A DNA stretch of 64,000 nucleotides from positions 321,997-385,996 of the forward strand of contig JAVZNE010000001.1 of NCBI GenBank assembly GCA_038882975.1, read 5' to 3'. Source of the DNA: Candidatus Bathyarchaeia archaeon. Lineage in GTDB: Archaea; Thermoproteota; Bathyarchaeia; Bathyarchaeales; Bathycorpusculaceae. Below, in pieces: positions 48,159 to 59,059 of this stretch. Numbering within the stretch: the stretch's first letter is position 1; every line of letters begins with the position of its first letter. A model generated the notes under the pieces. It had not been told where the DNA came from. It was given only the letters and a program-made list of their open reading frames with translations, and ran no database searches. The translations under genes and the position numbers were made by a program.

Positions 48159-49991
48159 TTACTCCCATAATTTAACACGTTTCTTTAGTTGTTTGGCAAC
48201 ATCCTTTAAGCCAAGCCTCTCAAGAGTAGCTTTTGTAGGGACTCCCCGCTCATCCCATCCCCTTTTTCGGTAATACATATTAAGCATAACCTCGTACTTT
48301 GCCCTGTCAAGCTTTGCACCCTTCAGATTCCCCTTTGTAAGCGGTTCTTCAAACCATCTCGCCGGTGGAAAGTCCATTTCTCGGCTCCAGTTCTTGCCAT
48401 ACTCCCGCACCCAAAACGCTCGAATTAGAGTATGAACTCTATCTGCTATGAGGTTTAACTCATCCCAGCTTATCTCAAGACCTGTAGCTGCATGCAAAAA
48501 CCTTGGATACCACTCAAGTTCAAAGCCAAGCTCAACCCATGGAAGTCTACAAACAGTGGCGCATTCGAAAAAGCCTCCCCGAATGCGCTGTAATTCGATG
48601 ACTTTGTCGACTTTCTCTTCGCTATATCGGTCTCTTCCAATCTTAACTTCCCAAGAAATGACCCATGCATCTTTATGATGAGCTCCAATGGGGCTTGTGG
48701 CATAGGAAAGAGCCATTGCCGGTGCGGCATGACAGTCGTAAGCTGAAATCTCTAATCCTTTCACATGCATAGCCCAACGGCTCGAGTTTCCTCCAATTTT
48801 TTCAGCTGCAAAACGCACACCCTCCGCGAGAGTTGCGCCAATACCACGCTTATAGGTGATGTCCTCAATTAATGCCCTAGCAGCCTTATAATTTCCCCAC
48901 GGAATCTTTTCGCTAATCAGCTTGTTTTCAGAAGCCTCCATAGCGAAGCCAATAACATTGCCCAGCGAAATTGTGTCTAAGCCAAATTCATCCGCCAACC
49001 TATTTAGGGCTGCAACCTTCTTTAAATCACCCACACCAATGTTAGAGCCAAGCATGGCAACATTTTCATAGTCGAGCTCAGAATCCTTGCGGTCGGCATC
49101 CTTAACAGCGTTGCCACAAGTCATGTTACAGTTGGGACAACCCCTCTGGGAAAACTTAATCTTCTCCATAGAAAAGCCGCCTATAGCTTCTGCGTCTTCA
49201 AAAACCCCCTCGCTAAAATTGTATGTAGGTAAGACATTGTTTTCTTGGCTCCACTCAATGGTCATCATAGTGCCTTGGCGTTTCCAAAAAGCGTAATTCG
49301 GCTTTGTTAAAACCTCTCTGTAGGCTTCTGCACCAAGCTCCTTTAAATCCTTGGGATAGGCGGCTTGTAACTCGCCACTGCCAACTATGATAACGGCCTT
49401 AAGGTTTTTGGAGCCCATAACAGCGCCCATTCCAGGTCTTCCACCGCCCCGCCCCCTCTGAGAAACAATGTTGGCAAAGCGCACAAGGTTCTCGCCGCCT
49501 TGCCCAATGACGAGGATTCCAGCAGTTGTTCCATAAACATTCCTCAATTTATCTTCAGCTTCAAAGGCGCTTAAACCCCAAAGTTCCTTTGCGTCCAAAA
49601 ACTCTGTTATGCCATCTTCAATGAGCAGAACGGTGGATCTTTCAGCCTTCCCTTCAATGATAACCGCGTCATAACCTGCCTTGCGCATTTGAACAGCAGC
49701 ATAAGTCCCAATGTTTCCGTCACCATAACCGCCCGTTAATGGACTTTTTGCCGCAACAACCATTTTCCCACTGCTCGGTAAGGCAAAACCAGTTAAGGGA
49801 CCTGTTGCAAATATCAGCCTATTCTCGGGCGAAAAAGGGTCCACGCCTGGTTTCAGCTCATCCCACAAAATTTTGGCGGCAAATCCTCTACCCCCAAGAA
49901 AGTTCCTCGCCAATGTAGCGTCATACTCTTTAACAACAGCCTTCTGTTTGGTTAAGTTCACCCATAAGAATTTGCCATTCCAGCCATACAT
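48159..49991 (-). CDS. aor: Tungsten-containing aldehyde:ferredoxin oxidoreductase family protein
   Basis: KSPLTG, GAVMGSKNLKA, CPNCNMTC, DTIS.G, RGWDERG. Confidence 0.9.
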   Translation of the reverse strand: MYGWNGKFLWVNLTKQKAVVKEYDATLARNFLGGRGFAAKILWDELKPGVDPFSPENRLIFATGPLTGFALPSSGKMVVAAKSPLTGGYGDGNIGTYAAVQMRKAGYDAVIIEGKAERSTVLLIEDGITEFLDAKELWGLSAFEAEDKLRNVYGTTAGILVIGQGGENLVRFANIVSQRGRGGGRPGMGAVMGSKNLKAVIIVGSGELQAAYPKDLKELGAEAYREVLTKPNYAFWKRQGTMMTIEWSQENNVLPTYNFSEGVFEDAEAIGGFSMEKIKFSQRGCPNCNMTCGNAVKDADRKDSELDYENVAMLGSNIGVGDLKKVAALNRLADEFGLDTISLGNVIGFAMEASENKLISEKIPWGNYKAARALIEDITYKRGIGATLAEGVRFAAEKIGGNSSRWAMHVKGLEISAYDCHAAPAMALSYATSPIGAHHKDAWVISWEVKIGRDRYSEEKVDKVIELQRIRGGFFECATVCRLPWVELGFELEWYPRFLHAATGLEISWDELNLIADRVHTLIRAFWVREYGKNWSREMDFPPARWFEEPLTKGNLKGAKLDRAKYEVMLNMYYRKRGWDERGVPTKATLERLGLKDVAKQLKKRVKLWE

Positions 49992-50063
49992 AACGCATCA
50001 TCTTCAACGCGGACAGCATACCTATCGTACTTCAATGTTAATAAAATTCACTGTTTTGAACCA

Positions 50064-51350
50064 CTAGATTTGAAGTTTCTCAGGCTCAACGCGCCTTTCT
50101 TTTATGCTTAAATCGCTAACCTTAAACTTTCTACCACCATAAAGAAGTGCGTATTCCTCGCCATTGTAGAGGGCTGCAGCTATCCTGCCTATAGCATCTG
50201 CCTTCATTATGCCACTTCCACTTGCGCCGCCAACAACAATCAAATCCCTCTCCTCAAAAGCCACTGGATGCCCATCCAAAGTGTTAATCTCATAAAGCCC
50301 AGCAAAAGCGGAATACGGTCGGCAATCCCTAAACTGGGGAAAATACTTCACAAGAACTTGATATATCCCATACTGGTAGAAGTTTTTCTCGGGTTGCGGG
50401 TCATCCTCCAGTTTAAAGGCTCTCGGAAAATCATCAGCATACATAAGCCAAAAAACGCCTTCTATTGGAAACGGTCTAATTAAAACCCGTGGTTTAGGTA
50501 AAATTGTGAAAGGTACACAGCCCACAGGATTAAATCCTTTGGTATAAAGTAACTGCTTCAGATGTGGATTTTTAGCTTCCACAGCGAAAACCTGCCTCTT
50601 CTTTGGTTTAATGAAACATTCAATCCCCAAAGCGTCAAGAAGTTGTGGAATCCATGCACCAGCAGCCAAAATCGTCTTCTTCGCTTTAATAACACCAGCA
50701 TTCGTCTTCACTCCTGAAACCCTTGATTCTTGCCAAAAATAAGGCTCCCCAGCTATCCCAAGGGGGTTGCAAGCCTCAACAACTATTTCCTCAACTTTAA
50801 CGCCGTAACGGATTTCGCCGCCAAGTCTTAGAAACTCCTCTTCATAGAATTTTACAATACAGTCGGCGTCGACAATTCCGGCTTTTGGGATAAAAATTCC
50901 CTTATAAACATCTTTCAACCCCATAAGCTCAGCTTCTTCATCGCCTCTTTGACAAGCATTTAACCCAAGCGTCTTGGTTAGCTCTTCAGCCTCATACTCT
51001 TTATACTTAAGATTTTTAGAGGCCAAATCTTTCAATATGGGGGCCAAATCCGTGTACTCGTCCTCGCTTAAAAGCCAGAGATAGCCCGCAAATAACAACT
51101 TTAAATCAACGCCGAGCTCCTTCTGTACATGCCCATAAAAGTCAACGGAGGAGTCGGATAGGATATAATTTATTGGGGAAGAGAACAAGCATCGAAAGGC
51201 AGATATGCTCTTCGCCGTGCTCCCTTGTCCTGCAGCGTTAAACTTGTCGACAACTAAAACCCTCAAATCTGGGTTCTGCCTTTTAATGTGATAAGCTGTT
51301 GATAAGCCGATAACACCAGCTCCAACTATTACCGCATCATATTCAATCAA
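50064..51350 (-). CDS. FAD-dependent oxidoreductase (DAO/sarcosine-oxidase-like)
   Basis: GAGVIG, SGSGIMKAD. Confidence 0.82.
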   Translation of the reverse strand: MIEYDAVIVGAGVIGLSTAYHIKRQNPDLRVLVVDKFNAAGQGSTAKSISAFRCLFSSPINYILSDSSVDFYGHVQKELGVDLKLLFAGYLWLLSEDEYTDLAPILKDLASKNLKYKEYEAEELTKTLGLNACQRGDEEAELMGLKDVYKGIFIPKAGIVDADCIVKFYEEEFLRLGGEIRYGVKVEEIVVEACNPLGIAGEPYFWQESRVSGVKTNAGVIKAKKTILAAGAWIPQLLDALGIECFIKPKKRQVFAVEAKNPHLKQLLYTKGFNPVGCVPFTILPKPRVLIRPFPIEGVFWLMYADDFPRAFKLEDDPQPEKNFYQYGIYQVLVKYFPQFRDCRPYSAFAGLYEINTLDGHPVAFEERDLIVVGGASGSGIMKADAIGRIAAALYNGEEYALLYGGRKFKVSDLSIKERRVEPEKLQI

Positions 51351-51477
51351 GGGCTTCCCTCGACTTAACAGAGTTTTAAGAAAACCGCGGCACGTATTTA
51401 TAAATTTGTTCTCTCAAAAATAATTAAAGGAATATTTATCTATTTCAAAGGAATATGAGTCTAGAAACGCTTGGAAC

Positions 51478-53205
51478 GTGAAGATTATGAACGTGCAAAC
51501 AAACATAAAAGCAATTTCGACCCTTTTAATCATAATTCTCATGATAATTTCGGCGATAATTGGCGGAATAATTTCCTACGCCTTCACCATCGCCTACTAC
51601 ACCAATAAACCGCAGGGAACCACCCTCATAATAACCAATGTTTACATAGACAAGGAAAACGTCAACGAGTTCACCATCAGCGTATTAAACCCTTCATACT
51701 CACCAACAGATGCAACAATCTCCAGAATAGCAATAAGCCTCGAAGGAGAAACACAACTCTACTACGTTGTTGAAACACAACCACCCCTTGGAAATGGGAT
51801 AGTGGTTCCCATAGGCGAGTCCAAAAACATAACTTGCGTAAAAATTAAGAAGGATAACACAAACGCTACGCTTGGAGAACTCATTGGCAGATTTGGTTTT
51901 GCTGGCAAAAACATAATTGTGCACATTTTTTCTCCCGACTCCACAGCCGCGAATATAAGAACACAACTTCCCTTTGTTCAGCTGAATATAAGTTCAAACT
52001 TTAACCCAACAATATCCATTAGGAAATGCAATATTACATTAACAAACGCCCCACAATCCGAGGTTAACGTAACAATAACGAAAATAGAAATTCAAAGTGT
52101 AGTCGCCGAAGTAAACCCAAATGTTGAAGAACAGCCCATCACAATTCCAAAAAACGGATCACAAAACTTTAGGGTCAACATCAACTGGTCAGAAGTTGCA
52201 GCGACAATTCCGCTTATAGTCAAGACGGAGCAGGGATATGTTTTTAGAAAGGAGTTGGAACTGAAAGGGTTTAGCGTTTCCATTAAAAGTGTAGATTTTA
52301 GCAAAGAGAACACAAGGCACTTTAACATAACGATTTTTAACTCTGATGTATCTGCAAGCTACGTGAACGTTACAAAAATAAGAGGTAGACTAGACAATGG
52401 AACCTATCTTGAACCATTGGAGTGCGGCTCAGCTGGGATTATGCCAAACACAACTAGAACTTTCATGTTTAATTGGGAATGGAAAGAATATAGGAACAGA
52501 ACAATTACGGTTGTAGCTTATTTCCTCCAAGAGTTTGAGACATCATTTAATGCAACCACGCCGCCTCCAATAATTGTCGAGGTTTTGAATAAAGCAGACA
52601 CTTTTAATCTAGAGGACAAAGGACACTTTAACATAACTATTCAGAATCATGTTTCATCGCTTGAAGCCATCAACGTGACAAAAATTGTTGCAAAAGGAGC
52701 GATATTGAACGGCACAAGAGTGAACCCATCGCTTCCATACGGGCCAATTACACCGGGCAATTACACAACATTTAGATGCGACTTTAATTGGGCAAGTTTT
52801 GTGGGTACTGCTGACAGAAACTTAACATTAACGGTACATGTTGAGACAAGCATATCGCGAAAGGAGTATACATTTGATTTTGCTTTCGTTCTTCCAGTGG
52901 CAGAACTTAATATTACATTTGTGGACTGCGTTGAAAGTGGCGGGGTGAGACATTTGAACGTGACTGTCAAAAATATGGAGTATTCTTTGTGGAATCTCAC
53001 GTTGTCAAGAATTATTATAACAGTCCAAGGGCTGACTGTTCCGCTGGAGCATTCATTTCCAAAAGGCCAGACGCTTATAAAAATTGGTAGCGAAGTTGTT
53101 TTGCTATGTCCATTCGATTGGCAAAAATACTCTGGCAAAGATATAACAGTGACAGTTGTCTCAGATGAACATGTGGAGGCTTCACGGGTTTATCACGTCC
53201 CATAA
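51478..53205 (+). CDS. Large pilin-like surface glycoprotein with tandem beta-rich repeats
   Basis: NIKA|ISTLLIIILMII class III-like signal; repeated FNIT..N...NVTKI; many N-x-S/T sequons. Confidence 0.65.
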   Translation: MKIMNVQTNIKAISTLLIIILMIISAIIGGIISYAFTIAYYTNKPQGTTLIITNVYIDKENVNEFTISVLNPSYSPTDATISRIAISLEGETQLYYVVETQPPLGNGIVVPIGESKNITCVKIKKDNTNATLGELIGRFGFAGKNIIVHIFSPDSTAANIRTQLPFVQLNISSNFNPTISIRKCNITLTNAPQSEVNVTITKIEIQSVVAEVNPNVEEQPITIPKNGSQNFRVNINWSEVAATIPLIVKTEQGYVFRKELELKGFSVSIKSVDFSKENTRHFNITIFNSDVSASYVNVTKIRGRLDNGTYLEPLECGSAGIMPNTTRTFMFNWEWKEYRNRTITVVAYFLQEFETSFNATTPPPIIVEVLNKADTFNLEDKGHFNITIQNHVSSLEAINVTKIVAKGAILNGTRVNPSLPYGPITPGNYTTFRCDFNWASFVGTADRNLTLTVHVETSISRKEYTFDFAFVLPVAELNITFVDCVESGGVRHLNVTVKNMEYSLWNLTLSRIIITVQGLTVPLEHSFPKGQTLIKIGSEVVLLCPFDWQKYSGKDITVTVVSDEHVEASRVYHVP

Positions 53206-53268
53206 AATGTCCATAAGCCTTTTATCTTTAAAAATTAAAGCCTTGCTTCTCTAAGGCGAGGGTAAGAA

Positions 53269-54474
53269 TTGGTCAATGTGAAGGTTACTGAAAGGGTTCG
53301 CACAATTGAATACGCCATCCGCGATGTGATTGTCCATGCCAAGGCGCTTGCGAAGGCTGGCAAGAAAATTTATTACCTGAATATTGGTGACCCTGTGGCT
53401 TTTGATTTTGACACGCCTGAACATATAAAGGAAGCTTTATTTGACGCTGTTAAGAGTGGAGTTAACGCATATTCTGCATCTGAGGGTTTGCTTGAGCTTA
53501 GGGAAGCCATTTGCGAGAAGGAAAAGCGCTTAAATGGTGTAGATATTTCAGCTGATGATGTTATTGTTACGTCTGGGATTTCGGAAGGCATTCAAATGAT
53601 TATGGCTGCCATTGTCGATGCTGGGGATGAAGTTCTTCTTCCCGGTCCGACCTATCCGCCCTACATTTCATATACAAAGTTTTTTGGCGGAAAGCCTGTC
53701 ACATATGAGACTGTTGAGGAGCGAGGCTGGCAGCCGAACATTGACGATTTAAGGAGAAAAATTTCTAATAAAACCCGCGCGATAGTTGTCATTAACCCTA
53801 ATAATCCATGTGGTGCCCTCTACGACGAGAAGACTTTAAGGCAGATTTTGGATTTAGCCGCTGAACATGGTGTTCCAGTTATATCTGATGAGATTTACGA
53901 CCAGCTTGTTTTCGAGAAGAAGTTTGTAAGTACCGCAAGCCTCGCCAAAGATGTCCCCGTTATTGGAATGAACGGCTTTTCAAAAGCCTATTTAATGACG
54001 GGTTGGAGGCTTGGCTACATATACTTCTACAGTCCAATGGGCGAGCTTAAAGATTTGAAGGAATGTGTCGAGAAGGAGGCTAGGATAAGGATTTGTGCCA
54101 ACACTCCGGTGCAGAAGGCTGGCGTAGCTGCTTTAAGGGGTCCGCAAGACCATATTCGCGAGACTGTTTCCAAGCTTAGAGCTAGGAGGGATTACGCATG
54201 GAAAAGGCTTAATGAAATCGAGGGGGTAAGTTGCACAAAGCCGGAGGCAGCCTTTTATGTTTTCCCAAAGATTCATGGTGTCGGCTCAAGATGGAAGACT
54301 GACTTTGAGTTTGTGTTGGAGCTTTTAAAAGAAACTGGTGTGCTGTTTGTGCACGGCTCTGGTTTCTGCCCAGTTTACGGCGCTAGTCATGTAAGGGGTG
54401 TTTTCTTGCCGCCCATTGAAACCCTTGAAGAGGCTTTTAATCTGCTGGAAGGCTTCATGAAAAAGAGTAGGTAA
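53269..54474 (+). CDS. Class I/II PLP aminotransferase (alanine aminotransferase-like)
   Basis: IEYAIRD, LNIGDP, NPNNP, DEIYD, SKAYLMTGWRLG. Confidence 0.9.
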   Translation: MVNVKVTERVRTIEYAIRDVIVHAKALAKAGKKIYYLNIGDPVAFDFDTPEHIKEALFDAVKSGVNAYSASEGLLELREAICEKEKRLNGVDISADDVIVTSGISEGIQMIMAAIVDAGDEVLLPGPTYPPYISYTKFFGGKPVTYETVEERGWQPNIDDLRRKISNKTRAIVVINPNNPCGALYDEKTLRQILDLAAEHGVPVISDEIYDQLVFEKKFVSTASLAKDVPVIGMNGFSKAYLMTGWRLGYIYFYSPMGELKDLKECVEKEARIRICANTPVQKAGVAALRGPQDHIRETVSKLRARRDYAWKRLNEIEGVSCTKPEAAFYVFPKIHGVGSRWKTDFEFVLELLKETGVLFVHGSGFCPVYGASHVRGVFLPPIETLEEAFNLLEGFMKKSR

Positions 54475-54517
54475 AAAGCAGAACTTGTTCGATGATGAGG
54501 GCGTTAAAGGATTTGTT

Positions 54518-55405
54518 TTAATAGATTGGTATTCCATATTTTGGATTTTGAACCAGCTTCGAGAACTCTTCCATGAGCATCTTTGTTACTGGGCCTGGTT
54601 TTCCGTCTCCTATTTGTCTTTTGTTTATCTCTCTAACCGGTATGATTTCTGCTGCTGTTCCGGTGAAGAATACCTCGTCTGCTGTGAAGAGTTCGTATGG
54701 GGTTATGTTCTTTTCTATAACTTCGTATCCGAGGTTTTTTGCTAGCTCTTTTACTACATCAGCTGTTATTCCGGGTAGGGCTCCAGTGTAGCTTGGCGGT
54801 GTGTATATTCGCCCATTTTTTATTATAAATATGTTTTCTGCTACGCCTTCGCATACAAAACCGTTTTTGTCTAGGCATATGGCTTCGTCTACGCCATTTA
54901 TGTTTGCCTCTATTTTGGCGAGTATGCTGTTCAAGTAGTTTAGTGATTTTATTTCGTGGCTTGTTGCGTCCACGGGGTCTCTCTTCACCCATGTTAGCAT
55001 TGCTGTTATGCCCTTTTCTTTAGCCTCGCTTTTATGAAGAGCAATCATGTCCGTTATCACGATAATTGTGGGTTTGGAGCATTTTCTAGGGTCTAATCCA
55101 AGGTCGCCTACACCTCTTGTCACTACTAGGCGGATATAGGCATCTTTTAGGTTGTTTTTGCGAAGAGTTTCCAAAACTATGTTTATCATCTGCTCCTTTG
55201 TTATTGGGATTTGCAGCATTATGGCGTGGGCTGAACGGTAAAGCCTATCAATATGTTCTTTCAGTTTGAAGACTACGCCATTGTAGGCGCGGATTCCTTC
55301 GAAAACTCCGTCGCCATATAAAAGTCCATGGTCATAGACGGATATTTTTGCTTGGGATTTTGGATAGTATTCACCATCTATATAGACAAGTAGCTCTTTA
55401 TCCAA
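54518..55405 (-). CDS. ilvE: Branched-chain amino acid aminotransferase
   Basis: [27 protein letters not shown]. Confidence 0.94.
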   Translation of the reverse strand: MDKELLVYIDGEYYPKSQAKISVYDHGLLYGDGVFEGIRAYNGVVFKLKEHIDRLYRSAHAIMLQIPITKEQMINIVLETLRKNNLKDAYIRLVVTRGVGDLGLDPRKCSKPTIIVITDMIALHKSEAKEKGITAMLTWVKRDPVDATSHEIKSLNYLNSILAKIEANINGVDEAICLDKNGFVCEGVAENIFIIKNGRIYTPPSYTGALPGITADVVKELAKNLGYEVIEKNITPYELFTADEVFFTGTAAEIIPVREINKRQIGDGKPGPVTKMLMEEFSKLVQNPKYGIPIY

Positions 55406-55490
55406 TCAGATTTCCCCTTCTCGGAGAACAGAAATTTTTCCCTTAGAGTTGATATGTGTTTTGGCAGTTCCAGTTGACTTTTATTGTTCC

Positions 55491-57356
55491 TTAGCCGTAG
55501 AATTGAGGTCTTTTTGAAACATATTTTGGCAGGGGCAGCGGTTTGAAAGGCTTATCACGCATGTGGCTTTTGATTTCGCTTATAAGTTCGTCAAGTTTCA
55601 TTTTGCGTATTTGTTTAGCCTTTCTGTCTCTTACCGGAAGCACTTCAGAATCTATTTCCTTTTGTCCTGCAACTATTATGTAGGGTATCCATTCCATTTC
55701 TGCTTCTCTGACGCGTTTTTGCAGTGTTAATGGTCTGTCGTCTATGTCGACGCGGATTTGGTTGGTTTCAAGTTTTTCCGCTAATTTTCCACAGTGTTCA
55801 ATGTATTTGTCTGACATGGGGATTATGCGCACTTGTGTTGGTGAAAGCCAAACTGGAAGCATGGGTGGTTCGCCTTTCTGTTGCTGTTTGTAGGCTTTTT
55901 CCAAAAGCGCGTATATGCAGCGTTCCACGGCACCGCTTGGAGAGCAGTGTAATATGAGTGGATGATGCCTTTCACCCTTTTCATCCACGTAGGTTATGTT
56001 GTATCTTTTGGCGTTTTCTACGTCTATCTGGTCTGTTGATAACGCGGCAGCCTTGTCTTGGTTGTCGACGAAGTTGAAGTCCCATTTTAGCCTGAAATAA
56101 AAGAAGGGTTCCTTCCACATTTCAACGAGAACAGGTTTGCCGAAGATTTTTGCTAGGTCCACGATGAAGTCTTTGTTTTGTTCGTAGAAGTCTTTTGTGA
56201 AGCGGATTGCCGCCTCGTAATCCTCTTTTGATAAGCCTATACCTTCTAACAATTGTATGCAAAGTTTGAACCGCGTAACAAACTCTTTTTTGGCTTGTTC
56301 TAGGTCTGTACAGAAGGCGTGGCAGTCGGGCATCGTAAAAGCCCTAAGCCTTCTTAAGCCTACGACCTCGCCGCTTTTTTCTCTTCTGAAACTGTAGCGA
56401 GTTAGCTCGTAAACTTTTAGTGGCATATGCTTATAAGAAAACTGGGCGTCATGAACCATCAAGAACTGCCCGAAACACGCGGCGAAGCGCAGGAAGAGTT
56501 CTTTATCCTCTGATTTTAGGAGGTACTGCCTCGCCGGAAAACGGTTTAAGTAATCGGCTAGACTTGGATGGCTGAAGTCGTACATAACGGGGGTTTCAAC
56601 TTCCATCGCTCCGTATTCTATAACTTTGGCTGTCACGTATTGTTCTATAAGCGATTTTATGAGCCTACCCTTTGGGTACCATCGGATGTTTCCAGGGTCG
56701 CTTCCAGCCTCGTAGTCGGCTATTTCAAGCCTCTTCATCAAAGGCACGTGGGGCGGCATTTGCTGGCTAGCCCTAACTTTTGAAATTTCATATTTGGCAA
56801 ACTTTTCAAGGTCTTCATGCCCACGGAAGTCAAACTCTTCCACTGGAACTATTTTGCCGTCAGGCTGGAGAATATACCAGAAGGACTCCAGCTTTTCTTC
56901 GGCTTTAAGCGCTTCTGAAACTTTTTCGGCTTCTCTCTCCCCTTTTGCTGGTAATATAACGCGAGACTGCTCTGCCAAAGGATGCCCCTTTATTGATATT
57001 GTGAATTGCTTGTTCCAGCCGAAAGGTGCACGGTATGTTTCTATGCCCTCGGCTTTTGCATAAGCCTCCATGGCCCTTACAATTTTTAGCGCCTCTGATG
57101 GTTTGGCGAGGTTGCTACTGAGATGCGCGTATGGATATATTAGAACGCGATTTACTTTCAGCTTTTCAAGGAAGGATTTAACCTCTTCAATGGCTTTTTT
57201 GGCTACTGTTTCGTCGTCGCCTTCTTCCACCGCCGTGAACAAAACGACGATTTCTTCTAAGCGTTTTATTTCCTTGTCTGTTTCTTCGGCTATGGCAATT
57301 TCTTTCTGGATGGGCTTATACTCGATGTAGTTGGAGTGCAGTTGCAGTATCCTCAT
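55491..57356 (-). CDS. thrS: Threonyl-tRNA synthetase, archaeal type with N-terminal editing domain
   Basis: MRILQLH, YPYAHLS, APFGW editing domain; RFAACFG, TMPDCH, LHCSPSG. Confidence 0.95.
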   Translation of the reverse strand: MRILQLHSNYIEYKPIQKEIAIAEETDKEIKRLEEIVVLFTAVEEGDDETVAKKAIEEVKSFLEKLKVNRVLIYPYAHLSSNLAKPSEALKIVRAMEAYAKAEGIETYRAPFGWNKQFTISIKGHPLAEQSRVILPAKGEREAEKVSEALKAEEKLESFWYILQPDGKIVPVEEFDFRGHEDLEKFAKYEISKVRASQQMPPHVPLMKRLEIADYEAGSDPGNIRWYPKGRLIKSLIEQYVTAKVIEYGAMEVETPVMYDFSHPSLADYLNRFPARQYLLKSEDKELFLRFAACFGQFLMVHDAQFSYKHMPLKVYELTRYSFRREKSGEVVGLRRLRAFTMPDCHAFCTDLEQAKKEFVTRFKLCIQLLEGIGLSKEDYEAAIRFTKDFYEQNKDFIVDLAKIFGKPVLVEMWKEPFFYFRLKWDFNFVDNQDKAAALSTDQIDVENAKRYNITYVDEKGERHHPLILHCSPSGAVERCIYALLEKAYKQQQKGEPPMLPVWLSPTQVRIIPMSDKYIEHCGKLAEKLETNQIRVDIDDRPLTLQKRVREAEMEWIPYIIVAGQKEIDSEVLPVRDRKAKQIRKMKLDELISEIKSHMRDKPFKPLPLPKYVSKRPQFYG

Positions 57357-57371
57357 TTTCGCCTCCCCCTT

Positions 57372-57448
57372 CCCTCTCTAGTTTTCTCGAAGAGGTCATA
57401 GTTGCAGCTGTTTCTGCTTAACAAATACACTACCCCCTCTCTAGTTTT
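57372..57448 (-). repeat. Dispersed intergenic repeat upstream of archaeal thrS (period 63)
   Basis: AAAACTAGAGAGGG twice on the minus strand (57435-57448, 57372-57385); core shared with 28227-28286. Confidence 0.65.
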
Positions 57449-57660
57449 TACACGCCCTTATACCGCCACTGCTCAATTTTTCTCTCCCTCTTCGTTCGCT
57501 TCTTAAATTCCTTGTAGTGATTTTCGCATAAATATGCGCGCCTTTCGCTGCTGCCTATGCTTAATCCAGCCATTCTAACTTTGGCTGCCGAGAGGGAGCG
57601 TTGAGCCTCTTTGCCACATCCTGAGACGCTACATTTGACGCCCTTCGCAACACGCCCCAA
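57448..57660 (-). CDS. Small basic zinc-binding protein
   Basis: CSVSGC...LCENH, Lys/Arg-rich. Confidence 0.7.
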   Translation of the reverse strand: MGRVAKGVKCSVSGCGKEAQRSLSAAKVRMAGLSIGSSERRAYLCENHYKEFKKRTKRERKIEQWRYKGV

Positions 57661-57717
57661 AGGCTAAACCTCACATTAACTTATGCCATTTTAGGCTTTA
57701 ACAGAATACAATGCACT

Positions 57718-58635
57718 TTAATGCTTAATTCCTTTTTCGTACAGCATGCTCGCCCTTCGGTAAATCTCATCTTTTTCGCCGAGGAAAGTTGGACCAACAC
57801 CTTCAACAACTGTTGAAGCTACAGCAGAACCGACACACGCGCACCATAAGGCTTCTTTGCCGCGGACATATTCTGCCAAGAAACCACCAATAAACGCATC
57901 TCCAGCACCGGTCGGATCGACAAGCTTGTTGGGCTTATATACTGGAATTTTATACGCTGCCCCACCCATAGATAGCACTGCTCCCTTCATGCCCATGGTT
58001 ACTATGACAATTTCCACGCCAAGGTCATGGACAGCCTTTATGGCTGAGTGTAAATCAGCCACGCCGGTGACGGCTTCAATCTCCTCTCTTGAAGACTTGT
58101 ACACGTCTATAAGCTCGAGTATACGCCTGTCCTTTAGCGGCTCACTCGCCACAAACCCATTTTCATCAAAGACCCGAATAAGCCCTTGAGGGTCTAGGGA
58201 CACCACTTCAGCGACTTTTGTCAGCTTTTCAGCAACTTCATATGAGATTTCGTTGGCTATTGGAGCAAGATGAACTGCTTTAGCTTGCAAAGAGTTAGGC
58301 AGGTCTCCAATCTGTATTGGGGGTGCTTTACCGGCAAGTCTCATGGTGCGGTTTGACATGCCATTGTTGTAATTTAGCTCAAATCGTGTGGTTTTCTCCT
58401 GAATAATTTTGGCTACTTTGGAGATGTCTATGCCTTCTTGGCTAAGCCACCATAAGTAGGCTTGTGGGAAGTCTCCGCCGACTTTTGAGATTATGGAAAC
58501 GTTTGCACCTAAACGTTTGGCTGAAAGTGAAACATAAGCCACTGAACCGCCTAAAATGGTGTAGGGCAGTTGTCTATTCGGCAAACTTATTAAGTCTATG
58601 CTAAAATGCCCAGCTGCAACGATATCAAAATCCAT
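57718..58635 (-). CDS. PfkB family carbohydrate/nucleoside kinase
   Basis: DPTGAGDAF; LGGS N-terminal motif. Confidence 0.9.
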   Translation of the reverse strand: MDFDIVAAGHFSIDLISLPNRQLPYTILGGSVAYVSLSAKRLGANVSIISKVGGDFPQAYLWWLSQEGIDISKVAKIIQEKTTRFELNYNNGMSNRTMRLAGKAPPIQIGDLPNSLQAKAVHLAPIANEISYEVAEKLTKVAEVVSLDPQGLIRVFDENGFVASEPLKDRRILELIDVYKSSREEIEAVTGVADLHSAIKAVHDLGVEIVIVTMGMKGAVLSMGGAAYKIPVYKPNKLVDPTGAGDAFIGGFLAEYVRGKEALWCACVGSAVASTVVEGVGPTFLGEKDEIYRRASMLYEKGIKH

Positions 58636-58658
58636 TAAATCTCATCCAAAGCGGTTAA

Positions 58659-59012
58659 TCATGGTTTAGACTGGAGCAAAAGGATGGCTTTTGCCAAGTC
58701 ACCATCGCATTCCTCTAAAGCCTTTCTTGCCTCTTCAAGGCTTTTTCCAGTTTGGTCAGCGACAAGCCTCACATCCTCTTCGGGTATAGCCAATTTTCGC
58801 TCAACAGCCTTTTCTTTTATTTTTCCACCCGCCACTTGGAACATTTTCTGCCCTTGAATGTCAACAACCGCCACTTCAGGATTCTCGATAACTATTTCTT
58901 TACTGATGGTTTTTATGATGACTTGTTCAACGTCTGGGATGGCGTCCATGCTTAAGCCCATGCGTTGCATCATCCGCTTGGCTTCTCGGGGGCTTATTCG
59001 CCTACGCATCAA
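58659..59012 (-). CDS. nac: Nascent polypeptide-associated complex protein
   Basis: RMMQRMG, NAC domain, UBA tail GDLAKAIL. Confidence 0.92.
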   Translation of the reverse strand: MMRRRISPREAKRMMQRMGLSMDAIPDVEQVIIKTISKEIVIENPEVAVVDIQGQKMFQVAGGKIKEKAVERKLAIPEEDVRLVADQTGKSLEEARKALEECDGDLAKAILLLQSKP

Positions 59013-59059
59013 TAGCCTTTAGCCTCCATTAACCACTAACCCAGTTAGGCTTCTTATAC

